Source of the DNA: Squalus acanthias
Taxonomy: Eukaryota
Assembly (NCBI GenBank): GCA_030390025.1
Contig: CM059432.1
Span: 109,866,001-109,930,000 of the forward strand
Direction of reading: 5' to 3'
Length of the DNA stretch: 64,000 nt
Position 1 is the first letter of the stretch. Each line of letters starts with the position of its first letter. The notes beneath the pieces are model-generated. The model saw only the letters and a program-made list of their open reading frames with translations, made no database searches and was not told the DNA's origin. The translations under genes were made by a program, and so were the position numbers. Shown here one piece after another: positions 51,345-64,000 of the stretch.

Positions 51345-53275
51345 AAGGAAATAAAAGTTAAATAAAACAGAAAAAGGCAGCTTATGACAAATGTCAGGAG
51401 CATGATTTAGTTAATAACCAGGAAGATTATGGAAAGTACAGGAGGGAATTGAAAAAGTTAATACAGGAGGCAAAGAGAGGTTACGAAAAAAGATTAGCAG
51501 GCAACATTAAATTGAACCCTAATATATTTTATAAACAAAGTGCAAGAGGTTAGCGAGGGAAAAAGTTGGGCCTATTAAGGACCCAAAGGGAAATCTTCAT
51601 GTAGAAGCAGAGGACATGGCTAAAGTATTAAATTAGTACTTTGCATCTGTCTTCAAAGGAAGCGGATGAGAAGGTTACACTAAAAGAGCAGAGGGAAGTT
51701 ATGGGCAGGATAGTAATAGATTAGCATTACTGAAAATTGGTAGCTCACCTGGTCTGGATGGAATGCATCCTAGGTTGCTTAAAGAAGCAAAAAAGGTAGG
51801 AATAGCAGAGGCATTGGTCACAATCTTTCAATCCTCATTGGATATAGTAGTGCCGGAGGACTGGATGGTTGCTAATATTATACATCCAACAAGAAAGGGG
51901 AGAGGGATAAATCAGGAAACTACAGGCCAGTCAGCCTAACAATCGGTGGTAGGGAAGTTATTAGAAATCATCAGGGACAAAATAAACTTCCATTTGGAAA
52001 GGCATACGTTAATCATGAATTTGTTAAAGGTAAATCATGTCTGACGAACTTGATTGAATTCTTTAACGAGGAAACAGAGAAAGTTGATCAAAGTGATGCA
52101 AGTAGATGTTGTATATATGGACTTTCGGAAGGCATTCAACAAAGTGTCACACAGGAGGCTTGTTAAGATGAATAGCATTAAGGGGAAAGTGATGGTATGG
52201 ATACAGAATTGGCTCAGTGACAGGAAGCAGAGGGTGGTAGTGGAGGTTTTTCCAATCTGGGAGGTTTGCAGTGGTGTTCCCCAAGTGTCAGTTTTGGGTC
52301 CACTATTCAATTTTTATAAAACGACTTATACTCGGGTGTAGGGAGCAGGATTATAAAGTTTGCAGAGATGATGAAATTTGGCAATGTAGCAAATAGTGAT
52401 GAGGATAGTTGTAGACTTCAGGATGACAGACAGGATGGTCAAATGGGCAGAAGCAGGGCAGACAGAGTTCAATGTAGAGAAGTGTGAAGTGATGCACTTT
52501 GGGAGGACTAATATGGAAAGACAGTATACTATAAATATGATTTTTTAAAGTGTAGATGAGCAGAGTGACTTTGGTGTCCAGAAACACAAATCCTTAAAAG
52601 TTGGCAGGCAAGTTGATAAGGTTGTTAAAAATGTATATGGGTTACTTGGGTTTATAAATAGAGGAATAGAATATAAAAGCAAAGCGATCATGCTCGAACT
52701 TTATAAAAATCACTGGTTAGGCCTCAGCTGGAGTAGTGTGGACAATTCTGGGCACCACACTTCAGGAAAGATAAAGGCCTTAGAAAGGGTACAGGGGAGT
52801 TTACCAGGGATGAGGGACTTCATTTTTAAAGGAAAAGTTAGGACTGTTCTCCTTGGAACAAAGAAGGTTAAGTGGTGACCTAGAGGTTTTCAAGATGTTG
52901 AGATGTTTTGACAGAATATAGAGAGAAAAACTATTCCCTCTGGTGAGTGGATCAATAACCAGAGGTCATAGATTTAAAATCATTGGCAAAAGATCGAGAG
53001 GGGAGAGGAGGAGAAATATTTTCCAATAAGAGCTGTTGGGATCTGGAAAGCTCTATCTGAAAAGGTGGTGGAAGAAGATCCCATAAATAATGTTTAAAAG
53101 GAAGTTGGACAGGTACTTGAGGATGAAGAACTTACAGGGTTACGGACAAAAAGCAGGGGGGGGGGGGGGGGGGGGGTGGGTGGGACTAAGCACGACTGCT
53201 CTTTCAAAGAGCCAGCACAGGCACGACAGGCCAAATGGCCTCCTTCTGTACTGCAAGTTTCTATGATTCTATGAA
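51345..53275 (+). mobile_element. Old decayed CR1 LINE
   Basis: DVVYMDFRKAFNKV, SGVPQVSVLGP; tail ttctatgattctatg at 53259-53273. Confidence 0.85.
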
Positions 53276-55194
53276 CTTAAACAGGTGGAAACTTTAAGAG
53301 GTTCCCCAGTGCTCATTGGGTGCCAAGATAGGCATGACAGGAGACTATGAATTGGAGGCCATCAAAGTACCAGTCACCAGTGTCACATCCAGTCAATACT
53401 AAATGGTATTGCGCTTTTTAATCTCACCATGAGTAAATGACGACAGCCATAGTTGGCCAGACTTTTATTTGGATAGCAACTCTTGTAAGCTTGGAAGAGA
53501 GCTGCTGGACATCACGAGTTCATAGGACTCAGCAATGGCTCGCACCAAACTTACTCTTTGCATACGAACAGTGAGTAGCATTCTAGTAGACTAATCTCAA
53601 TTAGCTTCTGAACACTGCAAATGTTCTCACCTGCTGCAGCAGCGAAATCCAAGCAAATGTTACAAGCAGCTAGATTAAGATAAATAAATATTTTGATCAA
53701 TGTTTGAACTCCGACTTGCTAGTCTTGCTCTACCAACGGTCCAATGTAGGTAGTAACCAAGAAAAAAAACTAGATGCATGATTTCCATTCACATTCAATA
53801 CCAGCAACACTCTAGACAGCACATTAATGTTAAACATCTTAGAGGCATCGTTGATTGGGGTTTTTTTTTCAACCCTGCTCAATGAGTTAACTGGCAGCTG
53901 GGCTGACTCCAGTGGTTTGTGCAGGATGCACAGGACAAAGCACAATTTTTATTTTTGCTCTTTACCTTAAATAAGAAAATGACCCACACTGATCCCTAGA
54001 ACCAAAGTATCCACCTACTTGAATTTGAATTACTTTATATCCAGCATTGAATCTGCTCCAGTTCTCTGCATGGGATATTATTTCTTTCACGTCTCCACTC
54101 TAATTACCCTTGATCCAGCCCATTTACCTTTGGGATGTCAACATTCACCACAGTTAATACATTTTCCTGTAGTCGCTTACTTGCCCTTAAAGGCATACAT
54201 GCACACTTATGTCCCAATTAACTTTTCACTTTTAATACAAAAAATGGTACTGCTTTTCTAGTGTTAGAAATAGTAAAAGGTAAATACAACCTCCTACAGT
54301 TAACATTGTCAAGAGTTTAACATTCAACAATTCCACCTTCCTACCAAGAACCACATGGTGGTGAGTGAAGAGAGTAATAAAAATACAATGGTATTGCTCA
54401 GTTATTACTCAGAGAGACCTCTAATGCCTTTGAGTTGACTTAAAAGGTGAAGGTGGTCTCAATCACAAATTTGCAATACTGTTGAACATAAAGGGTAGTA
54501 ATTTTCTCGGCCCCCCAGAAGATGCCTTCACAAACTTTATGCAATGAACTCAATGTGACTTCTAGGGATAAAAGCCATTTAGTCAGTTAAATTACACAAG
54601 GGTATTATTACACAAGCATTATTGGTAAGGGAACAGCTTAAATTTCCTTTTACACCTGAAACCCAGTCATTTGTCCCCTGCCCCCAGAAAGACTGGTTGG
54701 CAAAAAGTTTTAAGTATCTCTTGCCTCCAAAAATTCTTAATGCTCCCAGCATTAGTATTTCAAAAATGTATGAAGTGCTTTGAGGTAATAAATAACAGTT
54801 GCATTTGTGTTGCTGTAAGATCACAATTTAGCATTTGATACATTGTTTTTGCATTTCTATCTCCAAAGATTTCTTTTCAATCTGCCCCAACAATTTTCAC
54901 ATCTATTCCCCCATTCAAAAACTATATTTTTCAATTATTGTTTCCATGACTTGCATCAACAGCAGAGTTCCAATTTATTATACATAAGCCAATCTTCTTG
55001 CACAAGGTTCTCCTACATGGTTGGAGGTGTTATCTTTTGGATAAGACGTTAAACTGTCAGCCTGTTCAGGTGGGTGTAACAGGTCCCACATCGTGCCCTC
55101 AACCACACAGATAAAGTGGTCATTTATAGTCAGAGAAAAGCAGTACCATTTTTTGTATAAAAAGTGAAAAGCCAATTGGAATAGAGTAGAATTT

Positions 55195-56090
55195 CTAAAT
55201 TTGCCAATGACACCAAACCTGGGGATGTGGCAAAGTGAGGATGATACCAATCGACTGCAACAGGACATAGAAAGGCTAGCAGAATGGGCAGATGGAAGTT
55301 AATATAGATAAGTGTGAGGTGATGCATTTTGGCAAAAGGAACAGGGAGAGGCAATATACACTTAATGGCACAATTTTAAAGAGTGTGCAGGGACAGAGGG
55401 ACCTGGGAGTTAATGTGCATAGGTCCCTGAAGGTGGCAGGACATATTGAGTGGTTAGCAAAGCATATGGGATCTTGGGCTTCATAAATAGAGGTATTGAG
55501 TACAAAAGTAGAAGTTATGCTGAACCTTTATAAAGCGCTGGTTAGGCCATAACGGGAGTATTGCATCCAGTTCTGGTCACCACACTTTAGGAAGGATGTG
55601 TGCAGAGAAGATTTACCAGAATGGTCCCGGGGATGGAGGATCTGAGCTACAAGGACAGGTTGGAGAAGCTGGATTTGTTTTCATTAGAGCAAAGGAGGTT
55701 GAGGGGTGATTTGATAGAGGCGTACAAGATTATGACAGTTTGGATAGGCTAGATGGGGAAAGGCTGTTCCCACTAGTTAATGGTACAAGGACTAGGGGAC
55801 ACAGATTTAAGGTTTTGGGCAAGAGATACAGGGGGGTGAATGTGAGGAAAAACTTTTTTTTTTTTTTTTATATAAACGCAGTGAGTGATGAGGACCTGGA
55901 ACTCTCTGCCGACAGAAGTGGTGGAAGTGGACACACAATGTTTAAGGGGAAATTGGATAGGCACTGGAGGGAAATAAGCTTGCAGGGCTACAGGGATAGA
56001 GCAGGGGAATGGGACTGACTGGATTGCTCTGCAGAGAGCCGGCATGGACTCGATGGGCCGAATGGCCGCCTTCTGCGCCATTATGACTCT
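55195..56090 (+). mobile_element. Decayed CR1 RT 3' fragment
   Basis: DKCEVMHFG, QRDLGV, TRTRGHRFK; CR1-type tail gatgggccgaatggcc. Confidence 0.85.
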
Positions 56091-56129
56091 TTGGTCATTC
56101 ATTTGTTGTTTGGGGTAAATGTTGTCGTC

Positions 56130-56745
56130 TGGACCAGTCACACAAATACTGTTGCTACAAGAGGTCAGAGACTGGGTATTCTGCAGCAAGTGATTCTCAC
56201 CTCCTGACTCCCCAAAGTCTTTCCACCATCTACAAAGCACAAGTCAGGAGTGTGATGGAATACTCTCCACTTGCCTGGATGAGTGCAGCTCCAACAACAC
56301 AAGAAGCTCGATACCATCCAGGACAAAGCAGCCCGCTTGATTGGCACCTCATCCACCACCTTAAACATTCACTCCCTCCACCGTGGCTGCAGTGTGTACC
56401 ATCGACAAGATGCACTGCAGCAACTCGCCAAGGCTTCTTCGGCAGCACCTCCCAAACCCACGACCTCTTCCACCTAGAAGGATAAGGGCGTTTGGGAGCA
56501 CCACCACCACCTGCAAGTTCCCCTCCAAGTCACACACCAGCCTGACTTGGAAATATATCGAAGTTCCTTCAGTCGCTGGGTCAAAATCCTGGAACACTCT
56601 CCCCAACAGCACTGAGTGTACCTTCATATCACTGACTGCAGCAGTTCAAGGCAGCAGTTCACCAGCACCATCTCAAGGCTAATTAGGGATGGGCAATAAA
56701 TGCTGGCTTTGCCAGCAACACCCACATCCCATGAATGGATAGAAA
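56130..56745 (+). mobile_element. 3' fragment of single-ORF LINE family
   Basis: MEYSPLAWMSAAP, AAVCTIDKMHC; tail agggatgggcaataaatgctgg. Confidence 0.85.
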
Positions 56746-56872
56746 AAATGGCTGCCACCTTTACCCAGTTGACAATAGTGACTGCATTTCAAAAAAAAGA
56801 AATTCATTGGAGCATTTTTGAGGCATTCACAAAACGTGATAAGACCCTATATAAATGTAAGTTCTTTCTTTT
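56746..56872 (+). mobile_element. Deu-domain SINE 3' fragment
   Basis: aaaatggctgcc...atagtgactgcatttcaaaa...ctatataaatgtaagttctttct, similar to 34785-34856. Confidence 0.6.
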
Positions 56873-57685
56873 TACCCAAGAAAGCTCTACAGTTATGTGC
56901 AAAGTCAATTCCCTCCTCTACGCAGCTTTTTTGTATAGTCAACTGTCCTGAATTTTTTTTCCATGTAATTGGTACCTTGACTCATTGGAGATGGTTTCAC
57001 AAGCTGAACAGTCAGACCAAAATGACCACTCACCATCCTAGAAAACATATTACTCCACTTTCACCTCCACCCCCCAAAAACACCCCATTACAGCCAAGTT
57101 TCATGCGGCACTATTCACAAACAAGCCTGCAAAACAAAAAGAGGCAAGTCAATAAGAAAACATCAGTTGCATTTGCATTCAATTTCTCATGCTGGCCAGC
57201 AGGATTAAAGATCCTGCTACAGCTGATCTCATCAACTGGCTTTTCAGACCCTCGACTCAAAATGCTAGTTAAGCTCACAATGATGACGGGATTGTTGAAT
57301 TCCCTTCTCTGCCAACCTGCTCACTAAACTCTCCTCATACTCCAGTCCAGAGCAGTCTCCCAGATATAGTCTGTGCTAACTCAAAACCATTTACCCCTCA
57401 GGATCCCACAGCACCCCAAACAACTTCAGACAGCGCTGCCAACCCTGTTGTTCCAGTTAAATACTAGGGATCATGTTGGCCAAGAGCCTAACCACAGCCC
57501 CGTATCTCTCCTTGCTCCTTTGCACCCCCCTCCCCCCACCCCACCCACAATCCAGGAGGAGCAGGAGCTAAAATGACACCGAGCAGCAGCAACCCTCATC
57601 CCCAGAGAATACAACCCTTGCTGTCTGCAGATTGGCTGCATATTTCCATAAAATATATAATACATGGATGGTGTTGATGGATAAA

Positions 57686-57896
57686 TGTTGGCCAAGACAC
57701 AGAACTCCCTGGCTCTTCCTTGAGTACCACAGGATCTTATGTCAGCCTGAGAAAGCAGATGGCCCTCAGTGTCTCATCCGAAAGACAGCACCTCTGACAC
57801 TGCAGCACTCTCAGGAGTGTCAGCCTAGATTATGTGCTTAGGTCTTGAGTGGGTATTGAACCCATAGCCTTCTGACTCAGGCAATCACTGAGCCAA
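57686..57896 (-). mobile_element. SacSINE1-like SINE 5' half (tRNA head)
   Basis: Minus strand tggctcagtg (A box)...gggttcaatacccac (B box)...gaggtgctgtctttcggatgagac. Confidence 0.7.
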
Positions 57897-57907
57897 GGCG
57901 GACATTG

Positions 57908-58450
57908 AATTTTTTTTTTTAAATTCGTTTATGGGATGTGGGTGTCGCTGGCGAGGCCAGCATTTATTACCCATCCCTAATTGCCCTGAGAAGGTGGTGG
58001 TGAGCTGCCTTCTTGAACTGCTGGTCAGTTTGGTGAAGGTACTTCCAGGATTTTGACCCAGCGACGATGAAGGATTGGCGAAAAACTTCTAAGTCAGGAT
58101 GGTGTGTGACTTGGAGGGGAACGTGGCTGCATTGTGTGCCATCTACAAGATGCACTGCAGCAACTCACCAAGGCTTCTTTGGCAGCACCTCCCAAACCCG
58201 CAACCTCTTCCACCTGGAAGGACAAGGGCAGCAGGCACATGGGAACACCATCCCCCAAGTCACACACCATCCTGACTTAGAAGTATATTGCCGATCCTTC
58301 ATCGTCGCTGTCAAAATCCTGGAACTCCCCATCTAACAGCACTGTGGGAGTACCTTCACCACACGGACTTCAGTGGTTCAAGACGACGGCTCACCGCCAC
58401 CTTCTCAAGGACAATAAATGCTGGCCTTGCCAGCGACGCCCACATCGCAT
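57908..58450. repeat. Inverted pair of LINE 3' tails
   Basis: 57930-58120 (-) and 58250-58450 (+) are reverse complements of the same tail with a ~130-bp spacer. Confidence 0.85.
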
Positions 58451-58469
58451 ATATTTTTGTTTTTATAAA

Positions 58470-60150
58470 GTCAATAGATATCGCAAGAGATACTGAAACC
58501 TGGCTAAAGGAAGAGTAGGAAAGAAACTGCAGGTCCTGTGTTTCAGGAAGGAAATAGAAGGAAAAAAAAACTGGGGAGGTGGTTGGCACTGTTCACGTGG
58601 CAAGGTTTACATATTGCTGAGAGGAAGCAGCCGGAATTTGGTCAATCTAGAAGGGGAAAATATTCGAGGTAGGAGTGTACAGACCACCACAAAAGAAATA
58701 GAAAATGGACTGACTGCTGTTAGAGGTCACTAAGTTGTAATCATGGGGAATTTTAATGTTCCTGACAGATGGGGACAGACTTACTAGGACAATATTTATG
58801 CACAAGGTACTTGCACTGAATGCACTGAAGTACTTCAAAAATCTTTTCTTAAAACAGGTGACAAAACGCACAAGGGAGAAGGCAATATTAGATTTGATCC
58901 CAACGAGGGAGTAATATGCCAAGTTGAAGTAAGGGAACATTTGGGTCTAGTAATCACAACTGTCAAATCTAGGGCAGAATAGATAATTAAAATCGATTTA
59001 GAGCAGACTTTGTGATGAAATGCATGAAAGTAATAAAATGGGAAGAATTAATGAAAGGGAAGGATGGGAAAGAATGGGAGCATTTTAAAAGATTATTTTT
59101 TATATGTTGAGGCAATTTATCCAAGCAACTAGTTGAGGACTAAACAAGAGCAAAACTGAAATGGATGAAAAGGGAAGTCATAGAAGGCTTCAGGAAGAAA
59201 GGTCTAAAATTCTGAAAGCAGACAAACGCCAAGAAACTGATGAGAGCAAGTGGAGAGGAAGAGAGCATAAAATATAAAAAACAAAGCATTCTTTAAGTAC
59301 ATTAGGAGCAGAGAAGGGGAGAGGGATGTGGACCATTAACTGTGGTGATGGGAGGTGGCAGATTTACCAAATTTTGTGACTTATCATTGAAAACTGGAGA
59401 AAGAGGTGCCAGAGTACGCAGACTGCAAAGCTTTAATATTGCAAGGGAAGGCATATTAGAAAAAATTAGAATGCTTGGGGTAAACAAGGCTCCAATCTCC
59501 AAATTTGCATCCAAGGATATTGATGGAGTTAGTCGACAAGGTTGCAAATCTCAACAAGCTCTTACAAAGCTCATTGGAATTGGCAACATGCCAATGGATT
59601 AGAAAGGAGCATATATGACCCTTATATTTAAGAAAAAGACAAGGGATAAACCCTCAAATTGCAGATCTGTGAGCCTTACCTTGAATGCAGGAAGTGTGCT
59701 TGAGATTTTGATGAGGGACAGTATAAGGGTTGATCCGATTCGAGAGACTCAGCACACGTCACATAGCTGAAGCAGTAGATACTATCTATCTGGATTTCAG
59801 GAAGACATTTGACATGGTCCCATGTGGTAGACCAATTCATAAGCTCCATACCCATAGGGTAGACAGCAAAAGTATTTTAAGATAGATTGGTATGTGGCTA
59901 AGGAGGTAGACTGCAAAGGTTGGTAAGTGAGACAGACATACAACTGCTTGACTGTGGAGTCCTACAGGGGAAGGTGGCGATGCTGGGACTGCCGTTTATA
60001 AAAAAAATTATAAATGGTTTACATTAGAATTTTGTCCAGGGTGTCTTAGACTAAGTTGTATGGAGAATTATGTTCATTTCTGGTTTCCTTTTTCAAGGAA
60101 AGATGTAGAATTATTGGTAGGAGTTCAGAGATCAAGTCAAGCGATGCCAT
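58470..60150 (+). mobile_element. Very ancient CR1-like remnant
   Basis: Eroded colinear motifs: gaaacctgg (ETW), tacagaccacc (YRPP), ggggaattttaat (GxFN), gatttcaggaagacatttgac (DFxKxFD). Confidence 0.65.
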
Positions 60151-60744
60151 AATAGGCCAGTAATGACCTTCAACCACACACCAGTTCACCCTTGCTAACC
60201 CACCAAAACCCGACACTAGCCCCTAAACCCAACGCTGCTAGGTGACCTGGAGTTTCTGTCCTCTGAGCTCTCGTCCACAATACAGCTGAGAATGGAGAAG
60301 CCAGTGCCTTTCCAATCGTACTATGGGAAACAACCAAGGCAATTCCCTGGGGACATCTCATTACCTTCTGCTTCACCAAGTAACGTAAAATACTGGAAAC
60401 CAGAAAGACTACAGTGATTATGTAACTCGAAGCCCAACATAAAAAAATGATTAAAGAATAATTGAGTCCTGATATAGGTCAGACAATAACTGAACATCAA
60501 TCAGTGGGAGCAGAAGTGGTCCTCCAACGCCAGGATTATTATAAAAAAGGGAGAAAAAACAGGTAATCTCCTTGTACAGTATATACCCTGCAACAATATA
60601 ACAGTGTTGCAATTAGGAAAGCAGGGGTAAACTAATCTTCAAATGAAGATCAAAAAGGAATTTTTAAACTTCTGAGTCTCAGTGCACCTTATCTTCATTC
60701 TCAACAACCCGTTTCCAGCATCTATGTAATCATAACAAATCGAT

Positions 60745-61566
60745 CTTCCTTGCTGCAATGCTCCATCTCACCCTCAGTAAGCTTCCCGCTGGAGTGGAGC
60801 TAATCTACAGAAGAAACGGGAAACTGTTCAACCTCCGCCACCTCCAGTCCAGATCCAAGGTTGTCCCATCCTGTCATCGAATTATAGTATGCAGACGACG
60901 CTTGCGTCTGCGCACACTCGGAGGTCAAAATCCAAACCATCGTCAACACCTTCACCAAAGCGTACAAGAGCATGGGCCTTACACTAAACATCCATAAGAC
61001 AAAGGTCCTCTACCAACCTGCCCCCGCCACACAGTACTGCCCCCCGATTATCAAAATCCATGACAAGGCCTTGGACAACGTGGACCACTTTCCATACCTC
61101 AGGAGCCTGTCAAACAAGGGCAGGCGTCGATGCCGAAGTCCAACACCGCCTTCAGTGTGCCGGTGCAGCCATCGGTCGCCTGAGGAAGAAAGCGTTTGAA
61201 GACCAGGACCTCAAACCCGGCACCAAGCTCATGGTCTACAGAGCAGTAGTGATACCCGCCCTCCTGTATGCTTCAGAGACATGGACCATGTACAGCAGGC
61301 ACCTCAAAGCACTGCAGAGGTACCACCAATGCTGCCTCCGCAAGATCCTGCAAATCCATTGGCAGGATAGGTGCACCGTCAGTGTTCTCGCTCAGGCCAA
61401 CATCCCCAGCATCGAAGCTTTGACCACGCTCGATCAGCTCCGATGGATGGGCCACATCGTCCGCATGCCCGATATGAGACTCCCAAAACAAGCGCTCTAC
61501 TCTGAGCTCCGACACGGCAAGAGTCCCAGGTGGGCAGAGGAAACGCTTCAAGGACACCCTCAAAGC
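60745..61566 (+). mobile_element. RTE LINE fragment
   Basis: YADD remnant tatgcagacgac at 60889-60900; GLTLNIHKTKVL; ORF 61060..61587 highly similar to 46300-46745. Confidence 0.9.
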
Positions 61567-62377
61567 CACTGGTGGTTGAGAGAGTGAATGTTTAAGGTGG
61601 TGGATGGGGTGCCAATCAAGCAGGCTGCTTTGTCCTGGATGGCATCGAGCTTCTTGAGTGTTGTTGGAGCTGCATTCATCCAGGCAAGTGGAGAGATATG
61701 GATCATCCACTTGGCACTTCTGGCTGAAAATGGTTGTAAACGTTTCAGCCTTGTCTTTTGCACTCACGTGCTGGGCTCCATCATCATTGAGGATGGGGAT
61801 ATTCATGGAGCCTCCTCCTCTCGTTAGTTGTTTAATGGTCCACCACCATTCACAACTGGATGTGGCACGACTGCAGAGCTTTGATCTGATCCGTTGATTG
61901 TGGGATCGCTTAGCCCCATGCTGCTTCCGCTTTTTAGCATGTATGTAGTCCTTCCCCAGGTTGGCACCTCATTTTTAGGTACGCCTGGTGCTGCTCCTGG
62001 CATGCTCTTGTACACTTCTTATTGAACTAAGGTTGGTCCCCTGGCTTGATGGTAATGGTAGAGTGAAGGATATGCCGGGCCATGAGGTTGCAGATTGTGG
62101 TGGAATACAATTCTGCTGCTGATGGCCCACAGTGCCTCATGGATGCCCAGTTTTGAGCTGCTAGATCTGTTCTGAATCTATCCCATTTAGCACGGTGGTA
62201 GTGCCACACAACACGATGGAGGGTGTTCTCCGTGTGAAGACGGGACTTCGTCTCCACAATGACTGTGCGGTGATCACTGCTACCAATACGGTCATGGACA
62301 GATGCATCTGCAACAGGTAGATTGGCGAGGACGAGGTCAAGTAGGTTTTTCCCTCTGGTTGGTTCTCTCACCACCAT
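61567..62377 (-). mobile_element. Internally deleted single-ORF LINE fragment
   Basis: ORF 62027..62377 (EPTRGKNLLDLVL, SSDH); homologous to 25590-26275 and 24130-24260. Confidence 0.85.
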
Positions 62378-63154
62378 ATGTACAGAATGGCCTGCAGCAA
62401 CTCACCAAGCTTAGTTTGACAGCACCTTCCAGCCCCATGACCTATACCATTAAAACAGACAAAAGCAGCAATGCCATGGGAACACCATCATCTCCAGGTT
62501 AAACATCATCTGACTTGGACGTATACTGCCATTCCTTCATTGTCACTGAGTCAAAATCCTGGAATTACCTACATAGCACCATGATAAGGACTGCAACAAT
62601 TCAAGAAGGCAGCCTACCACCATGAATGAAGACTTACCAGCATCGCTCATATGCAGAGAACAATTTTTTTTTATATAAAAAGGCTTAGGGTATCTTTGGC
62701 TAGGCTGTACTGTGGTATTTTTTGTCCTCCCAGTCACCATCAGGGCCAACTTTGTTAGACATGGTGAGGGTGGGGGTGGGGGGGGGGGGGGGGGGAAGAG
62801 ATAGAAAAATATCAAATGTTAGAAAACTGACAACTGCCACAAAACTTGAACTGCATTTTAAGAGTTAAAATTCTACGTAGGATAAAGCACTTAACAAGGT
62901 TGTGATCCTTCAGACTACATTAAGATCTTCCTTTAAGCTTGTCTCATAAAAGGTGCAACTAACCTTGCAGTAAACAAGCACTTACTGGTTATGGTCAAAG
63001 GGACCTTCCCAACCAAGCTTGGACAGATTAAAGAATTATAAAATTGTGGACTTGGAAGTATGCAACTTGACTAAACAGAAGTAAATTGTCACTTATGAAC
63101 TTAGAGGGGTTTTCCTGCTTCAACTATATCATGAAGACACTGCAGTGTACGGTA

Positions 63155-64000
63155 CAGTAGCATAGTGGTTCGGTTACTGGACCAGTAATCCAGAGGCCTG
63201 GACTAACTATCCGGAGACTTGAGGTCAAATCCCATCATGGCAGCCGGGGAATTTAAATTCAGTTAACTAAATAAATCTAGTATCAGTAAAGGTGACCATG
63301 AAACTACCAGGTTGTTATCTGGTTTACTTTTAAGGAAGGAAATCTGCCATCCTTACCAGGTCTGTATGACTCCAGACCCACAGCAATGTGGTTGACTCTT
63401 AACTGCCCTCTCTTAGCAAGCCACTCAGTTGCATCAAACGGCTACAAAAAACAAGAATAAAACCAGATGGACCATCTGGCAACGGCAAAGGCACACCCAG
63501 CCCAGTCAACCCTGCAAAGTCCTCCTCACTAACATCTGGGGACTTGTGCCAAGGAGAGAAACAGCCATACTCAATCATACCTTTCAGCCAATATCCCAGA
63601 CTCCATCACCATCCCTGGGTATGTCCTGTCCCAGCTGCAGGACAGACCCACCAGAGGTGGCAGCACAGTGGGACACAGTCAGGAGGAGAGGCCCCGGGAG
63701 TCCTCAACATTAAACCCCGGTCTCATGGCATCAGGTCAAAAATGGGCAAGGAAACCTCCTACCACCCTCCCTCAACTGATGAACTAGTACTCCATGTTGA
63801 ACACCACTTGGAAGAAGCACAGAGGGTAGCAAGGGCACAGAATGTACTCTGGGTGGGGGGCTTCAATGTCCATCACCAAGAGTGGCTCGGTAGCACCATT
63901 ACTGACCAAGCCCTAAGTGACATAGCTGCCAGACTGGGCCTGGAGCTGGTGGTGAGAAAATCAATACGAGGGAAAAATCTACTTGACCTCGTTCTCACCG
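63155..64000 (+). mobile_element. 5' end of tRNA-headed single-ORF LINE (runs off window)
   Basis: tagcatagtggttcgg...gaggtcaaatccc head, then the conserved core, then EN start CKVLLTNIWGLVP. Colinear with 27178->26250. Confidence 0.85.

Noticed and set aside
63155..63245. tRNA genes (also 22393-22465, 27085-27178, 57840-57896)
   Set aside because: A/B-box-like motifs only, no complete cloverleaf, and all are attached to repeat bodies.

Overview
Vertebrate genomic DNA, most likely a cartilaginous fish (inferred from HE1-like and SacSINE1-like repeats). The one host gene is RALA (Ras-like GTPase RalA) on the minus strand. Its four coding exons are complement(1875..1997, 7219..7393, 13137..13345, 20148..20261), giving 206 aa with GT-AG introns and a CCIL CAAX end. 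No non-coding first exon or CpG island was recognised, so 20319-64000 is probably all intron 1. Most of the rest is nested transposable elements: many CR1 LINEs (one nearly intact), L2, RTE, a single-ORF CR1-superfamily LINE with a tRNA-derived SINE-type head, Deu- and HE1-like SINEs, a 2.4 kb hAT transposon inside an RTE, and hAT, Tc1/pogo and Harbinger-like MITEs with readable TIRs and TSDs. Two signals stand out. (1) The CR1 ORF1/ORF2 junction has a correctly phased U_UUA_AAC slippery heptamer directly before the ORF1 stop, with an AUG-less ORF2 in the -1 frame, which suggests programmed -1 frameshifting into an esterase-APE-RT fusion. (2) One LINE shares head, core and tail with a short SINE. 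Boundaries of decayed repeats are approximate, and family names come from recognition rather than database searches.
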